DNA from: Zancudomyces culisetae HAW-14-8
Taxonomy: Eukaryota; Fungi; Kickxellomycota
DNA length: 64,000 nucleotides
Assembly: GCA_052426225.1 (NCBI GenBank)
Contig: JBNJNM010000021.1
Coordinates: 620,001-684,000 of the forward strand
Direction of reading: 5' to 3'
Shown: piece by piece, positions 62,509 to 64,000 of the stretch
How positions within the stretch are numbered: position 1 is the first letter of the stretch
Layout: each line of letters opens with the position of its first letter
Notes under the pieces: model-generated
What the model was told of the DNA's origin: nothing
Database searches by the model: none
Seen by the model: the letters and a program-made list of their open reading frames with translations, nothing else
Position numbers and translations under genes: made by a program

Positions 62509-64000
62509 TGCATACGCTTTTGTTATCGCTCCATATAATACACCTTTGGCAACCAGAGTAGATGCAGATTACACACAGTACTTTCCTGTTTATTGTAGCG
62601 GGTATTTGCCTTGCATTTTTCAACTGGCAAAGAAACTAACACTGCCTGCACAGTTACAATGCATCTCTTGCATTTTTTTTCTGAATCTTTTTTCCATTTA
62701 TTCATTGTTTTTTTTTAGTGCGATCATTATATATAACCAATCGGTATTTAGGCTCATAAACATTGATTCAATTGGTTTCTATTCTGTTAAAACATTCAAG
62801 CATAAACAAATATGAAGATGTTAATATTTCCTTGTTTGTATTATAAACAGAGTTGCACCCACTTCATTTTCCTATCCTCTGCTTTGGTCAGAATATAGGA
62901 CAGTGTTCATATCACAAAGTATTAGTGGTGCTTGGGAAAGGTAGAAAACTAGAAAAATTATCTCTAACCATTAGATGTGCTTCTTTGTTTTTAACACCAG
63001 AGAATACAAAACCAAATCTCATACCAGGCAAATGAAAAGATGGAAAATGAAAATTGAGTATGGAAAAAACTGTAATGTTTATTTGTTTTTTGATAATTAG
63101 CGAGCTGCAGCCAATGTTTTTGCATTAACAGCTTCATAAAGCGATTGACTGAACAGACCGGATAGACTGACAAATGAGAATGAAGGCTGTTGACATGACT
63201 GGTAGACAAAACGTGAAAAATGAAGTTTGTATATCACATGTGGCAGCAAATAAAGTAATTAGGGCAACCAGGGACAATATTATGCAGCCTTGCGCCAATT
63301 CTTGCACACTATCTCTTCCATTGCAGTTTTGATGATCATAGGAAAGAAAAGAAGGAAGAAGGAATACGAGGGCTATTAGCTCGAATAATTCTTTTGAAAT
63401 TTGTAAAATATTTGCCGGTGTGCATATATGGGAGAGGATATGGTATAAGCTGTGTCCTCTTTTATGTGGCAGAATATCTAACAAGTTTAACACAATCGAA
63501 TCATGTGGTAAACACTTTTCTTTTAAATCCCACAAAACTTTCAGCTTTCTAGAATACGACCTCCCCTCCTGTTTTACCGATTTTGTTTGCAGGTAAAAAA
63601 AAAGAACAGTAACCTTATTGGGTAAATTCTGTGTTTTATAGTTTTTTTTTTTTTGCTAAGTAGGGCCATGAATCAAACCGAAAAGCATGTAGTGGAAAGT
63701 ATCTGAATTTCTTGAGTTACATAAAAAAGGTAAGGATGATGGGTATTTGCCTATCTGAGCATAAATACAACAGCCGAAAAGCATCAAATATATATATAAA
63801 GGTCAATATATTATTCCAACTCGCTCAGCAGTGTTTTTGCACTTGAAAACATACTTATTGCCCCTTTCGATTGTACTCAATAGAATCGAAAATAAAACAT
63901 TGCATACGTAGGACAAGAAGCTACACCATACTTATATTTTATAAGTACACAGTTCCATATCCGAGCGACGTGGAAGATAGAGTAAGTTTTGTTAAATTCA

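Noticed and set aside
62240-63535. 191-aa (+) and 133-aa (-) ORFs near the right end
   Set aside because: The first runs through a stop-free tandem repeat and T-runs. The second starts at a non-ATG codon. Neither has motifs or coding-like composition.

Overview
Eukaryotic, AT-rich, intron-containing fungal genomic DNA. Short GT-AG introns, fungal-type MHR and SamB-like proteins and divergent housekeeping proteins suggest an early-diverging lineage, possibly Harpellales/Zoopagomycota (an impression, not a search result). About 20 protein-coding genes. Recognisable genes: MSH2 (16 exons), LPD1, ADE16/17, a divergent Ser/Thr kinase, DOP1, ERV41-like, HSH49/SF3B4, eIF2A, EFG1, RAM1 (12 exons), RPS2, SamB/Mub1-like MYND protein, ECO1 and a REEP/Yop1 protein. 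Several of these were reconstructed by hand because the ORF track splits them. Orphans: a truncated helical protein at the left edge, a mitochondrial-type RRM protein, two small secreted proteins, an MHR-only transcription-factor-like protein and a 488-aa protein behind a 6.8-kb gene-free region. I found no rRNA, tRNA, CRISPR array or intact mobile element, and no clearly novel multi-gene system. The best leads are a secreted protein that lines up by eye with RNase T1 but lacks most catalytic residues, the mitochondrial RRM, a TCT/TOP-like motif and an ATG-TAA overlapping the intron donor of RPS2, paired CGCGAAA boxes at ECO1, and a GC-AG intron, microexon and structured intron in RAM1.
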